A stretch of DNA of 64,000 nt from Verrucomicrobiota bacterium (GCA_047947115.1 CP170459.1:448001-512000); one strand, 5' to 3'. Counted from the first letter of the stretch, positions 51,193 through 61,969 are shown. Translations and numbers: made by a program. The notes: generated from the sequence alone by a model not told the origin.

Positions 51193-52899
51193 TTATTCGA
51201 CTGCAGTCGCTCGAACAACTTCTTCAACGGTGGTGAGACCGGCGATCACTTTTCGAGCGCCATCTTCACGCAAGGTGCGCATCCCCATCTCGCGAGCGCG
51301 CTGGCGCAGCACGGATGCGGGCACTTTTTCGTAAATCAATTTTCTCGCATCATCCTCCACCACAAAAACTTCAAAGATTCCAAAACGTCCACGATGCCCC
51401 GTGTCATTGCAATTAGCACATCCCTTACCTTTCTGATAATTGGCATCTTCAACCGCAGCGGGATCAATACCAATGGATCGCAACTGGCTTTCAGAGTAGC
51501 TGTGAGGCCCGACACACTTCGGACATAATTTACGCACAAGACGTTGAGCCATCATAGCTCGCGTCGATGAGGCCACCAAAAAGGGCTTGATCCCAATGTC
51601 AATCAAACGCGTCACGGCACTGGGTGCGTCATTGGTATGTAGCGTGGAGAAGACCAAGTGACCGGTGAGCGATGCATTGATTGCAATGGTCGCGGTTTCA
51701 AGGTCACGAATTTCCCCCAACATCACAACGTTGGGCGACTGACGCAACATGGACCTGAGCGCATGAGCAAATGTTAACCCAACGGTTTCACTTACTTGCA
51801 CTTGGTTAATACCGGCCAACACGTATTCAACCGGGTCTTCCACGGTGATGATCTTACGGTCGGGACGGTTAATAAAGTTCAAACAGGAATAAAGAGTCGT
51901 CGTCTTGCCGGAACCAGTCGGCCCGGTCACCAGAAGGATACCATCGGGCAAACCAATCAATCGCTCAAAGGTTTGTTGATCGTCTGTGAAAAAGCCCAAC
52001 TGTGGCAGCCCCAGTTTTAACCCGTCCTTATCCAGAATACGCATGACGATACTCTCACCATGTGTCGTCGGAACGGAAGATACACGCAAGTCGATCACTT
52101 TATCGCCTACATCGCACTGAATACGACCATCTTGCGGAATACGCTTTTCGGAAATAGACATGTTCGACTCGATCTTGAGTCGCGCAATGATGGAGGCTTG
52201 CAAGCTCTTGGGCGGGCTCTTGACGACATGGCAGACACCGTCAATACGGTATCTCACTCGAAATGTATGCTGCATCGGCTCCAGATGGATATCCGACGCA
52301 CGAGAGCGATAGGCATCAATAATAATCTGGTTGGTCAGCTTGATGATAGGAGCATCAGCGGCCACCGTGGTGCCGGTATCAGCTTCCATAGCCCCCATGG
52401 AAGCAATTTCAACTTCGCCCTCGGTAATATCTTGGATCATCTTGCTGACCGAGTCATCCCGATTGGCCTTGCCACCGTAGTAACGGCTGATGGCGTTCTG
52501 GATTTCCTTGTCGCTGGCAACACGAACTTCGATCTGTTTACCGAGCGCAACCTGAAGGCCGTCGATGGCTTCCAGATCGGTGGGATCTCCGATCGCCATG
52601 GTGACTGTGTCATCGGACACATAAACGGGCACGGCGTTGAATCGCTTGACGACATTGCGCGGAACGGCGGAAATCACATCATCCGCCAACTGAATCGCAT
52701 CCAGTTCAATGACTTCCGCACCAGCTTGCGCGGCCTTTGCCATCGTCACGCTTTCATCCATCAGCTCGCCCTTAGCCACCATGGTGTCCAACACACCATT
52801 GTCACCGGACATTTCACTACGAGCCTCGTCGACTTGTTCCTGGGTGATCAAACCCATGTCGACCAGCGTATCAATCAAATAATCGTCTTTTACAGCCAC
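51193..52899 (-). CDS. pilB: Second PilB/GspE assembly ATPase
   Basis: ASDIHLEP, RIPQDGR, GPTGSGKTT, LRQSPN, CPKC..CANC; GTG start. Confidence 0.92.
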   Translation of the reverse strand: MAVKDDYLIDTLVDMGLITQEQVDEARSEMSGDNGVLDTMVAKGELMDESVTMAKAAQAGAEVIELDAIQLADDVISAVPRNVVKRFNAVPVYVSDDTVTMAIGDPTDLEAIDGLQVALGKQIEVRVASDKEIQNAISRYYGGKANRDDSVSKMIQDITEGEVEIASMGAMEADTGTTVAADAPIIKLTNQIIIDAYRSRASDIHLEPMQHTFRVRYRIDGVCHVVKSPPKSLQASIIARLKIESNMSISEKRIPQDGRIQCDVGDKVIDLRVSSVPTTHGESIVMRILDKDGLKLGLPQLGFFTDDQQTFERLIGLPDGILLVTGPTGSGKTTTLYSCLNFINRPDRKIITVEDPVEYVLAGINQVQVSETVGLTFAHALRSMLRQSPNVVMLGEIRDLETATIAINASLTGHLVFSTLHTNDAPSAVTRLIDIGIKPFLVASSTRAMMAQRLVRKLCPKCVGPHSYSESQLRSIGIDPAAVEDANYQKGKGCANCNDTGHRGRFGIFEVFVVEDDARKLIYEKVPASVLRQRAREMGMRTLREDGARKVIAGLTTVEEVVRATAVE

Positions 52900-53272
52900 A
52901 ACAATCCTAATCGGTTAACTCAAAGATCCCAATTCTGGAAACCGAGAGCTTGCAATAATAGCAGACCGCTTGTCAACGCGGACCTCATCCATTGACCATA
53001 TTCTTACTCACAACAGGGCGTAAACACTCAACCACATTTGAGAAAACAGAGCCTCTCCTTGGCCTTAAACAGAAATTCTATTCCCTTTTTCTCTCTATAA
53101 GACCCGAATCAGGCGACAACCGTTCAGTTCCCAACGAGCAGGAACCCATCGCTGCCAGCCAAACCAAAACGACAAACTTATGCCCGCATGGAAACCGCAA
53201 GCTTTAGCAAATGCCATGCCAAACACAATCAAAACTCTCTCATCGCGTATAAGCGCTCCCTGGAATGACGAG

Positions 53273-56200
53273 TTACCGGAGTTCTTCAAACGTCCACGGG
53301 GTTTGACGCCCCCGGGTTTCGACTCGAACCCGCGACACTTCATCTGCAGAAATGGTCCCCCCATCATTCCCAAAGGAGCCGCGCAAGTAGCTCAACAAAG
53401 CGGCAAGCTGGGGATCTGACAATCCGGCAAAGGCTGGCATTTGAACGGGAGCCGAGGATCGAAACTGAACTCCATTGACTCGAATGGGACCCTCCAATCC
53501 GTGCAGCACAATACGAATCAGGGCATCCGAACTCCCCTGTACACGGTCACTTTTCGCCAAAGGCGGATAAACACCGGCAAGCCCCTTGCCGTCGGGTTGA
53601 TGGCAAGGCATGCAGGCCATCTCAAAAAGTACCTGCCCTTCGCCGGGCGGTTTTGGTGGATTACCGATGAGGTCTTTGAGGTAGTCCTTCTGGTTTTGAT
53701 GAGCCAGTTTCAGGGATCCCTCCCTCCATGCCTCCATCCATCCCGGCTGCAAGGCACGCACACTCTGCCGCAAGGCGTAATCCAGAAACTTGTCCGAAGC
53801 ATACTGCAATGCTTCGGTGGCAATCGAAACTCCCAACTCAGGCTCCAAAATACTACAGGCCACCACCCCTTCCAATCGAACTCGCGGATGATCGTCATGC
53901 ACCGCTTTCCTAAGCCATTTCGGAGATTGCTTCAATTGATGCGCCCACTCACCCGCTACACGCGCGCCATAAGCACGGACTCGAAAATCGGTCGAAGCAA
54001 GCAATCCATCCACCACACTTGCACGAGATGTCTCATGGGCCTGATACACACCAGTCAATTCAACGAGCAGTTGTCCGTTATGTTTAAGTTCACTCACGTT
54101 CGCTTCCAACCATCGATCCGCCGCGTCAATCACTGCCTCTGAAGGTTTGTCATACAAAAGGCGTTTGGATTGATAACGTGTCCACCGCTCAGGCGATTTC
54201 AGTTCATCCAGCAACTCCGAAATACTCATTCCTGCTAAATCAGGCTGGCGCACGGGTGCGTGTCGGGTGGATGAAATTCGCCAGATGCGGCCGTGATGCT
54301 TGTCACGTTTCGGATCCGCATAACTCGCCTGATAATGACCGATCACCTCATTATACCAATCCGCAAGATACATCGCCCCATCCGGTCCCATACTGACATC
54401 CACCGGACGAAAGGCGTTGTTGGTGGATCGCAGCACGCGTGGCAATTGCGTGGTTTTGAATCCCGCTCCGTCATCTTCCAGCCGGTGCAATTCAACCACT
54501 GAACCAAAATACCCGCCAATGAGAGCAGTCCCCTGTATCTCATCTGGCATGGCCTGAGTTCCGACAATGTCGATGGATGTGGTCTTGGGGGATGTTTCGA
54601 AAATCGCACCGACCGAGTGATATTGTTCGGGGGAATTGGCGTAGGATTGATTGGCCACCTCCCGTGAACCACTCCCCATGGGACTCGCGCCACGCACCAT
54701 GCCGGGCACCGTCCAATACCCATGAGGACGATCACCCGTCTTATGAAACACCTGGCCAAAATCGTCATACACAACGCCCCAGCAATTCGCCCCAGCCATG
54801 CCGCCGCCAAAGAAGCCATCCAAGCGCAACGTCCGGGGACGCAAGCGCCAAACTGCCGCCCGGTCCAGCCGTTTGATCCCCCAAGGAGATTCCACTTGAG
54901 ACATGGCATGCAATCCCTGTGTAAACCAAAGGCTGCCATCCATTCCGTGTGAAATGGAATTGATCAACTGATGCGTGTCTCCCACACCGAAACCAGAAAA
55001 CAAAATATGCCGCTCATCAGCCCGGTCGTCTCCGTCAATGTCTTTCAAAAAAACCAACTGATCGAAATCACAGACATAAAGTCCATCCGGGCCCGGTTCC
55101 AGCCCTTGGATCATGTTCAGACCTTCCGCATACCTCCAATGCCGATCGGCTTTACCATCATGATCCACATCCTCCAACACCACCACGTAATCCGAAGCGG
55201 GCATACTGGCCAACGACTGAGGGTAAGCAGGCGAACAAGCAACGTACAATCGACCGCGTTCATCCCAGGCAATCTGAATCGGATTCACGACGTCCTGTTC
55301 TTCCGAAGCAAAAAGATTAACCTGGTAACCATCATCAGGCTCAAACGTTTCGAGCTGCTCCTCGGGCGTCAACGCGACCGGTGAAACACGCGCTTCGGCC
55401 ATCGAATACAAGGCAGGGACCTCAACCGCTTCACCCTTTACCAAGCGAGTGATCACGTCATCAAATCGATCGATCATCGGGCGGCGCTGCTTGAAAGAGC
55501 CATGCAGAGATGGCAACCCACCCGCCGCACTCCCGAACAACTGGGACACCCGATCACCATAGGCAAAGGACCAATTGGCAGGACGCCATGCGTCAAACCA
55601 CAAACGGTTTTTGGCCGCAATGATGGGTTTCAAGGCATCGAGATTGGAACCCTCTGATTCAGCGCCCAATTGCTGAGCGACGATGCTCCCCACGATTTCC
55701 AGACCTTCAGGTGTCAGGTGAATACCATCCTCGGTTAGCCGATCACCATTCTTGGGAAGCCGGCTTAACGGCCCCACCAAATCCACAAAAACCGCCTGCC
55801 GTTCCCGTGCAATCTCCCAAACCGCATCGGCATAAGCAGCAACATCCCGATTGCGCTGGGTCAGGTCAGGCGCATGCGAAGCCAGAGGTTTTTCAAAAGG
55901 CATCGGAGAAACCAGAACACATCGCCGAGTCTGCACCGAAAATTCATCCAGCAGCCGATGATAGGCGGCCTTGAATTCAGGCAACCTTTCCACTCCATCA
56001 AAAACCTCCATCTGCCCGAACTGAATGATCAGAACCCCCGCTTCCGCAGTCTGAAGTTGTTCCTTCCAGCCACCGAAATGCAGATCACGCCACTGTTCAT
56101 AAACCGTATCCGCCTCCCAGGCCATCGAACGAAAACGCAACCCCGCCTGAGGAAAACCAGCCACCAACCGGGATTCCAAACTGCCCGCCTTTTGTTCGCG

Positions 56201-57013
56201 CACGAAGTTTTCCTGACCGATCAGGACCACCACCTCACCGGGTTCGGGAAGAAAAGTCGCATCCGTGAAAGGAGCTTTCGACACCATCGGCTGCCCATCC
56301 CCGAACCGACTGTAAACAACTCCATCCGGTGGAATCGAAGGAGCGGGTAATGTTTCAATCTCAATGTTTCGAAATGAAATCTCTGCCTTGCAATTCCCAT
56401 GAATCTGAAGCGCTATTTTTCCATCCAATGGAATGTCAAGATCACTCTCAACATACGTCACCGTATGCACTCCGTTCAGGAACAACTTCACCACACCTCC
56501 CTCTGCAATGATTTCGTAGGTATTCCAATCACCGGGTTTCTCAATGGACCGAATCCGCTCCTTGTCAGCGGTTGCCAACATGGTGCGTCGGCGCGACTCA
56601 TCATACAAACTCCCCGACCACCCTGCGCCAATATCCGCTTGGTAGCCGATCATCTCGTTGGCGGGCTCTGCGATCCGCTTGCTGCGGAACTGCACCCCGC
56701 CATTCACGAACCCTTCCGTTCCCACCAGCTTGTATTCCAGCGTCAGACGAAAATGATCAAACGACTTCTTGGTGGCCAAAAACTCATTCTGAGGATTCCC
56801 ATTCAATGAACCGCCAACAATCACCCCGTTCTCAATCCGCCAGACCTTCTTCGTATCCCCCTCCCAACCCGAAAATGATTTGCCGTCAAACAAGGACATC
56901 TTCTGCCCCAATACAGGGCAGATCATCGAAACAAAAAAACACAACAGGAACGGACGTAATAACACGGACCAAACCGGACGATTCGAAAAGGGGAACACTT
57001 GCATCGTTCTCAT
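53273..57013 (-). CDS. Exported fusion: DUF1080 + SGNH-like + PVC-type dehydrogenase propeller + HEAT + cytochrome c
   Basis: LFDGKSFSGW..NGGVQFRS..IALQIH; EDGIHL; FRPVD..GPDGAMYLADWY..HGRIWRI; DDHPRVRLE; CMPCH..YPPL. Start uncertain. Confidence 0.87.
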   Translation of the reverse strand: MRTMQVFPFSNRPVWSVLLRPFLLCFFVSMICPVLGQKMSLFDGKSFSGWEGDTKKVWRIENGVIVGGSLNGNPQNEFLATKKSFDHFRLTLEYKLVGTEGFVNGGVQFRSKRIAEPANEMIGYQADIGAGWSGSLYDESRRRTMLATADKERIRSIEKPGDWNTYEIIAEGGVVKLFLNGVHTVTYVESDLDIPLDGKIALQIHGNCKAEISFRNIEIETLPAPSIPPDGVVYSRFGDGQPMVSKAPFTDATFLPEPGEVVVLIGQENFVREQKAGSLESRLVAGFPQAGLRFRSMAWEADTVYEQWRDLHFGGWKEQLQTAEAGVLIIQFGQMEVFDGVERLPEFKAAYHRLLDEFSVQTRRCVLVSPMPFEKPLASHAPDLTQRNRDVAAYADAVWEIARERQAVFVDLVGPLSRLPKNGDRLTEDGIHLTPEGLEIVGSIVAQQLGAESEGSNLDALKPIIAAKNRLWFDAWRPANWSFAYGDRVSQLFGSAAGGLPSLHGSFKQRRPMIDRFDDVITRLVKGEAVEVPALYSMAEARVSPVALTPEEQLETFEPDDGYQVNLFASEEQDVVNPIQIAWDERGRLYVACSPAYPQSLASMPASDYVVVLEDVDHDGKADRHWRYAEGLNMIQGLEPGPDGLYVCDFDQLVFLKDIDGDDRADERHILFSGFGVGDTHQLINSISHGMDGSLWFTQGLHAMSQVESPWGIKRLDRAAVWRLRPRTLRLDGFFGGGMAGANCWGVVYDDFGQVFHKTGDRPHGYWTVPGMVRGASPMGSGSREVANQSYANSPEQYHSVGAIFETSPKTTSIDIVGTQAMPDEIQGTALIGGYFGSVVELHRLEDDGAGFKTTQLPRVLRSTNNAFRPVDVSMGPDGAMYLADWYNEVIGHYQASYADPKRDKHHGRIWRISSTRHAPVRQPDLAGMSISELLDELKSPERWTRYQSKRLLYDKPSEAVIDAADRWLEANVSELKHNGQLLVELTGVYQAHETSRASVVDGLLASTDFRVRAYGARVAGEWAHQLKQSPKWLRKAVHDDHPRVRLEGVVACSILEPELGVSIATEALQYASDKFLDYALRQSVRALQPGWMEAWREGSLKLAHQNQKDYLKDLIGNPPKPPGEGQVLFEMACMPCHQPDGKGLAGVYPPLAKSDRVQGSSDALIRIVLHGLEGPIRVNGVQFRSSAPVQMPAFAGLSDPQLAALLSYLRGSFGNDGGTISADEVSRVRVETRGRQTPWTFEELR

Positions 57014-57125
57014 GACATTCAAGGATGCACCGATATTGACCCCACTCCAGCCGATGACAAGCGGAAACCATCCCTACAACCAACACTTACTCCTCAGTTG
57101 TAAAAAATGAAACGTTTCATACTCT

Positions 57126-58199
57126 TTAGCGGAACTGAGGTTTTTGCCCTGGCTCGACTATAATGGGCTCCATTCCAGGCATGAACAGTTCTCCGGTCGC
57201 CTTGTCGTAGAATCTTCCGTCCTCACCCAGCACCAACACCTCCGGCATTCCTTCTGAGCTGTTCACGAGAACCGGGCGATGAGTTTTACGAACGTATTCT
57301 TCGTACGCCTCCACGTAACCTTCTTTGGGGATCAACAATTGATCGCCAGGGTTAAGAGCTTCCTGATGATCTATGGAAAAGGCAAATTGGTTCTCAAATG
57401 ACAAGGATTCAAACCCTTCTGCCGAGATGGCAGAAATGATGTAATCGGCCAATTCCCACGCACGTTCGGCAGTCATTTGCGGTTTGGAAGGCCATTCGCT
57501 TTCCTGAAATAAGCTGAAAGCAATTCCTTCGCGAGCACAGCTTTTGTAGTCGCCCCATGTTGTTTTTCCATTTACTGGAACATGCTGGATTTCAACACTC
57601 CCTTTTTCTTCATTGTAGATCGGCATTGTTTTAGTAATGAGATCCTCTGGGTGATGTCGAGACGCTTCATGATACGTAATCAAATCATTGAATATCTCCG
57701 CAACAACAATGGAGTTCTCATTTCGATTAAATTCGCCTAATACGTGATAAAGTTGCTCGAACTCCTTTGTATAACGAGCTGGATTATCATGAAAAGCCAT
57801 TAAAAAGCCGTGGTTTACCACCGTATGTCTATAGCTTTCATGCTTTATAGAAGCTTCAGGATCATCAGGTGCATCCCAAGTTGAGGCATTATTTGCATCG
57901 AAAATGGTTGGATTGTGCCGGAGAGTTGGATGGTAGCGCGGTTTGAAAGGGAAGTTCCGTTTCCAGTTTTCCAAACGTTCCTGCTCTTCATGGTGAGGCG
58001 GTTTTGCATGAGTGACCTTGGCTACCAAGGGATGGGAATCCTGATAACCATGACCGGATTCAGATAGATTTGGATTAAGGGTTTCTTTTGGCTCCGGATG
58101 TTTACTTGCCTCTTCTTGTTCAGATTGATTAAGCGTTTCCCACAGGATAGCCAGCAATATGACAGCCAGCACCAAATTCATCCAATTCCAGCGTTTCAT
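57126..58199 (-). CDS. Hypothetical membrane-anchored protein
   Basis: 357-aa ORF with N-terminal hydrophobic segment; 8 bp from its partner. Confidence 0.75.
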   Translation of the reverse strand: MKRWNWMNLVLAVILLAILWETLNQSEQEEASKHPEPKETLNPNLSESGHGYQDSHPLVAKVTHAKPPHHEEQERLENWKRNFPFKPRYHPTLRHNPTIFDANNASTWDAPDDPEASIKHESYRHTVVNHGFLMAFHDNPARYTKEFEQLYHVLGEFNRNENSIVVAEIFNDLITYHEASRHHPEDLITKTMPIYNEEKGSVEIQHVPVNGKTTWGDYKSCAREGIAFSLFQESEWPSKPQMTAERAWELADYIISAISAEGFESLSFENQFAFSIDHQEALNPGDQLLIPKEGYVEAYEEYVRKTHRPVLVNSSEGMPEVLVLGEDGRFYDKATGELFMPGMEPIIVEPGQKPQFR

Positions 58200-58207
58200 T
58201 GTTTTTC

Positions 58208-59110
58208 TTAATTACCGGATTCTTCTCTGACTCGGTAAATCTCACGAATAGTTACGGGAGCGCCTCCTGTCGGCACTCCTACCGGGACGGGTTGAATCAT
58301 TGAGCTATGTACTGTCGCCTCCAATTGTTTGTCCCAATCTCGCTTCACCCAGCCAAAAGCATCCGGCCCCTCCATCATCCATTGCTGACTTCCAAGAAGC
58401 GCTAACTGAGTATTGTCGTCAGCAATTGCGCTTAGACGTTTGGTTGATTTCCTCTGTTTATTATCCGGTGTAAATACCATTCCATCATTTTTCGTGTAGC
58501 TGAGTTGATATACTTTGTACCGCACTTCAACGGTGTGTTGCCCAGGTTCTCTCAACCGGTCATCAGGGCCGCTCTGCATGGAATAATTAGAGCACACCCT
58601 GTGTTTGGTATTGCTTTTCTTGGTGGTCGCCCAAATGACGTAGCTCATGTGATGTTCTAGGTAGAAATCGGGTTCGTACCAGCGATCACCCACCATGGTG
58701 CGCGATGACACAAAATGACTGGGATCTTCCGGATCTCTGAAATATACCGTGAGATCATAATATTCGAAATTAGCAGGATAATAGCGATGGTCGGTGGTGA
58801 ATTCTCCTTTATTGATGGATACAGGGTCGCTTTGCCAACCGTTGATGGTGGTTTTTTGATCGTATACCAGCTTTTCACCATACCAACCCTTCTGGTGTGA
58901 TTCGCTGGCATCGATAACCACTGCTCCGGCGGAAGCGGTCCCAACAGCATCAAATCCATCGTCACCTATGTTCGTGAGATATTTGATGCCGTCATAGATG
59001 GCTTTCTCCACCAATCCCCTGACGGTCACAGCGTGCAGGGAGGTAAAGTTAGAAGTAATCACCAACATCAACAGGACGATGGGCCATTTAAGAATTCTTT
59101 GTTTTTTCAT
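58208..59110 (-). CDS. Hypothetical exported protein
   Basis: Signal peptide MKKQRILKWPIVLLMLV..SLHA from ATG 59110. Confidence 0.75.
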   Translation of the reverse strand: MKKQRILKWPIVLLMLVITSNFTSLHAVTVRGLVEKAIYDGIKYLTNIGDDGFDAVGTASAGAVVIDASESHQKGWYGEKLVYDQKTTINGWQSDPVSINKGEFTTDHRYYPANFEYYDLTVYFRDPEDPSHFVSSRTMVGDRWYEPDFYLEHHMSYVIWATTKKSNTKHRVCSNYSMQSGPDDRLREPGQHTVEVRYKVYQLSYTKNDGMVFTPDNKQRKSTKRLSAIADDNTQLALLGSQQWMMEGPDAFGWVKRDWDKQLEATVHSSMIQPVPVGVPTGGAPVTIREIYRVREESGN

Positions 59111-59419
59111 AGTTTGATCTTTCCTTGAATATTCGGAGTAGCGAACAAGTGGTCTTTCACATTTTGAACCTTCAAAAACGAGGTTTGCTGCTTGAATAAC
59201 GATGATATAATCCTTTGATAACAAACATGAATCAACCAGAATCGGGCATAAAAAAACGACAAAAGCTCCAAATTTCCGACATGTGAGTACTTTATTTCCC
59301 ACCAAGTGCCGAACAGGTTCTCAATCGGATTCCTTCGCCATTTGCCTTGATGCCAATCATTTGGTTTCGATAGGGTTTGGAGGTAGTGGATGCGCGGAAT
59401 AGCGCAGTGAGCTTAACTA

Positions 59420-59959
59420 ATGAAAACGCAAGACATGCATATCGGAATGCACGTCACCCACCCGGATCTTGGCGTGGGTGAAGTCGTGAGCCTTGGCCGT
59501 GGAATGGCCGAAATCCAATTTGAATCGGGGAGTCGCGAAATCAGCCCCGAAAACAGCAGCATCGAACCTCTCCAATCAGAGGCCCACCTCAACGGACTCA
59601 AGATGCCTCTGGAAGAATTGATCGCTCATGTCGCGCAGTCCACAGTCGATGCACTCGATCTGGAACGTCCGGGTGGAGTTGTGGAAGAGTTGGCCCAACG
59701 CTGGCAAGACGGTAAAATGGTGTTGCACCCCAAAGATCCAAACCTTCAGCCCAAGGAGGTGGAACTGGAAACCTTCTTCCACAAAATCGTCATGATGCGA
59801 AACAACCTCCGCGTGCTGGAACAAAAGGTCAACAACTCCAAACAACTCAGCGAAGCAGACAAGTTCGACATCCAGCAGTACATTTCGCGCTGCTATGGAT
59901 CCATGACCACTTTCAACGTCCTTTTCCGGCACAAAGAAGATCAGTTCCGTTCAAAATAA
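59420..59959 (+). CDS. Hypothetical protein with Tudor-like N-terminus
   Basis: IGMHVTHPDLGVGEV; FFHKIVMMRNNLRVLEQ; YGSMTTFNVLF. Confidence 0.78.
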   Translation: MKTQDMHIGMHVTHPDLGVGEVVSLGRGMAEIQFESGSREISPENSSIEPLQSEAHLNGLKMPLEELIAHVAQSTVDALDLERPGGVVEELAQRWQDGKMVLHPKDPNLQPKEVELETFFHKIVMMRNNLRVLEQKVNNSKQLSEADKFDIQQYISRCYGSMTTFNVLFRHKEDQFRSK

Positions 59960-59965
59960 GTCCAG

Positions 59966-60014
59966 GGTAGGACGTGACAGCTTGTCCGGCGACTGCGTGG
60001 ATCCCCGACGCGTC
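59966..60014 (+). repeat. Degenerate or interrupted REP-like element
   Basis: GGTAG-GACGTG...TCCCCGACGCGTC, facing the 60170 copy. Confidence 0.35.
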
Positions 60015-60169
60015 GCCTTGTGGTGTTCTTAAGCTAATATGCCTCCCGCTTGGGAAGCCTGCAGCAATAGGAATCCCATCATCTGTTCCCGAACAAGAAA
60101 CAGGAGGCGGTGGGTTTTTGTTCACGAAAGGCTACCCTTCTCAATGCAAATGACATTGGAAATCCCTCA

Positions 60170-60197
60170 AGGGCGCGACGGGACGTCACGATCTACC
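60170..60197 (-). repeat. REP-like GTAG-headed hairpin overlapping the SprT-like stop
   Basis: Minus strand GGTAG-AT-CGTGACG-TCC-CGTCGCG-CCCT. Confidence 0.6.
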
Positions 60198-60563
60198 TTT
60201 TGGCGTATCGCCATGAAAACATGTCCTCGGTTCAAACCCAGCCTGACGCATGTATCCCTGCCATTCCGGACCGTGGGGTTCGATGCCCAGGCCGTATCGA
60301 CGAAACGCCATCCAGTGCGCGCATTCATGACAAAGAGTTTCGGTCAACAACGCTTCCTTCCCTTCCTGAAGCAATTGGCCATTCAGAAAAATGGTGTCGG
60401 AGGCAAAATGACAACGTCCCATATCGGGTTCATCCGGTGACATGAACTCAATATTCAAGGTTTTCGGCAATAGCGAATACCCCCAAATCACGGACCATTC
60501 TTTCACTTGATCGAACACATGCTCCAAAGTCAGCTGTAAGCGATCCGCACCCTGTTTGCTCAT
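60186..60563 (-). CDS. SprT-like zinc metalloprotease, short
   Basis: TLCHECAH, PHGPEWQ; ATGA overlap with rarA. Confidence 0.82.
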   Translation of the reverse strand: MSKQGADRLQLTLEHVFDQVKEWSVIWGYSLLPKTLNIEFMSPDEPDMGRCHFASDTIFLNGQLLQEGKEALLTETLCHECAHWMAFRRYGLGIEPHGPEWQGYMRQAGFEPRTCFHGDTPKGRS

Positions 60564-61963
60564 TTGTCCGCCTTCCCCTTCGATTGCCGCATCTTCCGAA
60601 ACTGTTCCCTCCAGGCAAGCACCCGATCACGAATCTTACGTTCCATGCCCTGTTCCGTAGGTTCGTAGTAGGTACGTTCCACCCCCAGGTATTCCTGCGC
60701 CACGAAATGACCGGGATAATCATGGGCATATTGATAGTCCTTGCCATGTTCCAATCGTTTGGCGCCCGGATAATGGGCATCGCGTAAATGGACGGGCACC
60801 GGTATGGTTTTACCGGATCGCACATCCGCCAGAGCTTTATCGATGGCGTTCATGGCGCTGTTGCTTTTATTGGCGGAGGCGATGTAGATCACCGCTTCCG
60901 CAATGGGGATGCGGGCTTCCGGCCATCCGATAATTCCCACTGTCTCGTGCGCGGCATGTGCCAGCACCAGAGCCATGGGATCGGCCAACCCCACATCTTC
61001 GGCGGCGCAGATCATCACGCGCCGAGTGATGAACCTTGGATCCTCACCCGCATGAATCATCTTGGCCAGCCAGTAAAGGGCGGCATCAGGATCGCCCCCT
61101 CGCATGGATTTGATAAATGCCGAAATCGTGTCGTAATGAGCATCCCCATCGCCATCGTAAACCACCGCTTTCTTCTGAATGCACTCTTCAGCGGCAGCAA
61201 GATCGATTTGAACCATCCCGTCTTCACCGGCAGGCGTTGTGAGAGCGGCAATCTCCAAAGAATTCAGGGCCTTGCGGGCATCTCCATCAGCTAATTTGGC
61301 CAGATGATGCAAGGCTTCGTCATCCACTCGGAGCGGCATCTCCCCCAGTCCTCTTTCCTTATCGGCAAGGGCGTGCTGAAGCAACTGCAACACCGATGCT
61401 TCTGACAGCGGCTGAAGTTCAAATATCTGCGACCGGGACACAAGAGGGGAGTTGACAAAGAAAAAGGGATTGTGCGTGGTCGCTCCGATCAACTTGATGA
61501 CCCCACTTTCCACATCCGGCAATAAAACGTCCTGTTGCGATTTGTTGAACCGGTGAATTTCATCCACAAACAAAAGAGTGGATCTGCCCGTGTTGGCCAA
61601 TCGATTGGCCGCGCTGGCCAGGACGCGACGCATCTCGGCGACATTGGATTCGACCCCGCTGATCCGTTCGAAAAATGCCTGGGTTCGATGGGCGATGATT
61701 TGGGCCAGGGTCGTCTTCCCTGTGCCCGGAGGGCCATAGAGAATCAAGGATTGAATCCGATCCGCTTCAATCGCCCGACGCAGGAGTTTTCCTTCAGCAA
61801 GAATATGTTCCTGACCGGCGTATTCCTCCAGCGAACGCGGACGCATCCGCGCCGCCAATGGCGCGGATGCCGCGTCCATAGGACTTGTATCCGGAACGGC
61901 CGATTTCGATGATGAAACGGATTTCGGATCCGGACTGGATTGAAACAAATCCCCCTGACTCAT
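60560..61963 (-). CDS. rarA: Replication-associated recombination protein A
   Basis: PLAARMRP, GPPGTGKTT, VDEIHRFNKSQQD, HYDTISAFIKSMRG, YQYAHD; start MSQGDLF. Confidence 0.95.
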   Translation of the reverse strand: MSQGDLFQSSPDPKSVSSSKSAVPDTSPMDAASAPLAARMRPRSLEEYAGQEHILAEGKLLRRAIEADRIQSLILYGPPGTGKTTLAQIIAHRTQAFFERISGVESNVAEMRRVLASAANRLANTGRSTLLFVDEIHRFNKSQQDVLLPDVESGVIKLIGATTHNPFFFVNSPLVSRSQIFELQPLSEASVLQLLQHALADKERGLGEMPLRVDDEALHHLAKLADGDARKALNSLEIAALTTPAGEDGMVQIDLAAAEECIQKKAVVYDGDGDAHYDTISAFIKSMRGGDPDAALYWLAKMIHAGEDPRFITRRVMICAAEDVGLADPMALVLAHAAHETVGIIGWPEARIPIAEAVIYIASANKSNSAMNAIDKALADVRSGKTIPVPVHLRDAHYPGAKRLEHGKDYQYAHDYPGHFVAQEYLGVERTYYEPTEQGMERKIRDRVLAWREQFRKMRQSKGKADK

Positions 61964-61969
61964 GGGACG

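Noticed and set aside
52060..52995. 311-aa plus-strand ORF
   Set aside because: Antisense to pilB.
60170..60197. Selenocysteine read-through of the SprT-like UGA
   Set aside because: The UGA lies inside a repeat hairpin that also occurs intergenically; the extension would be only 14 aa.
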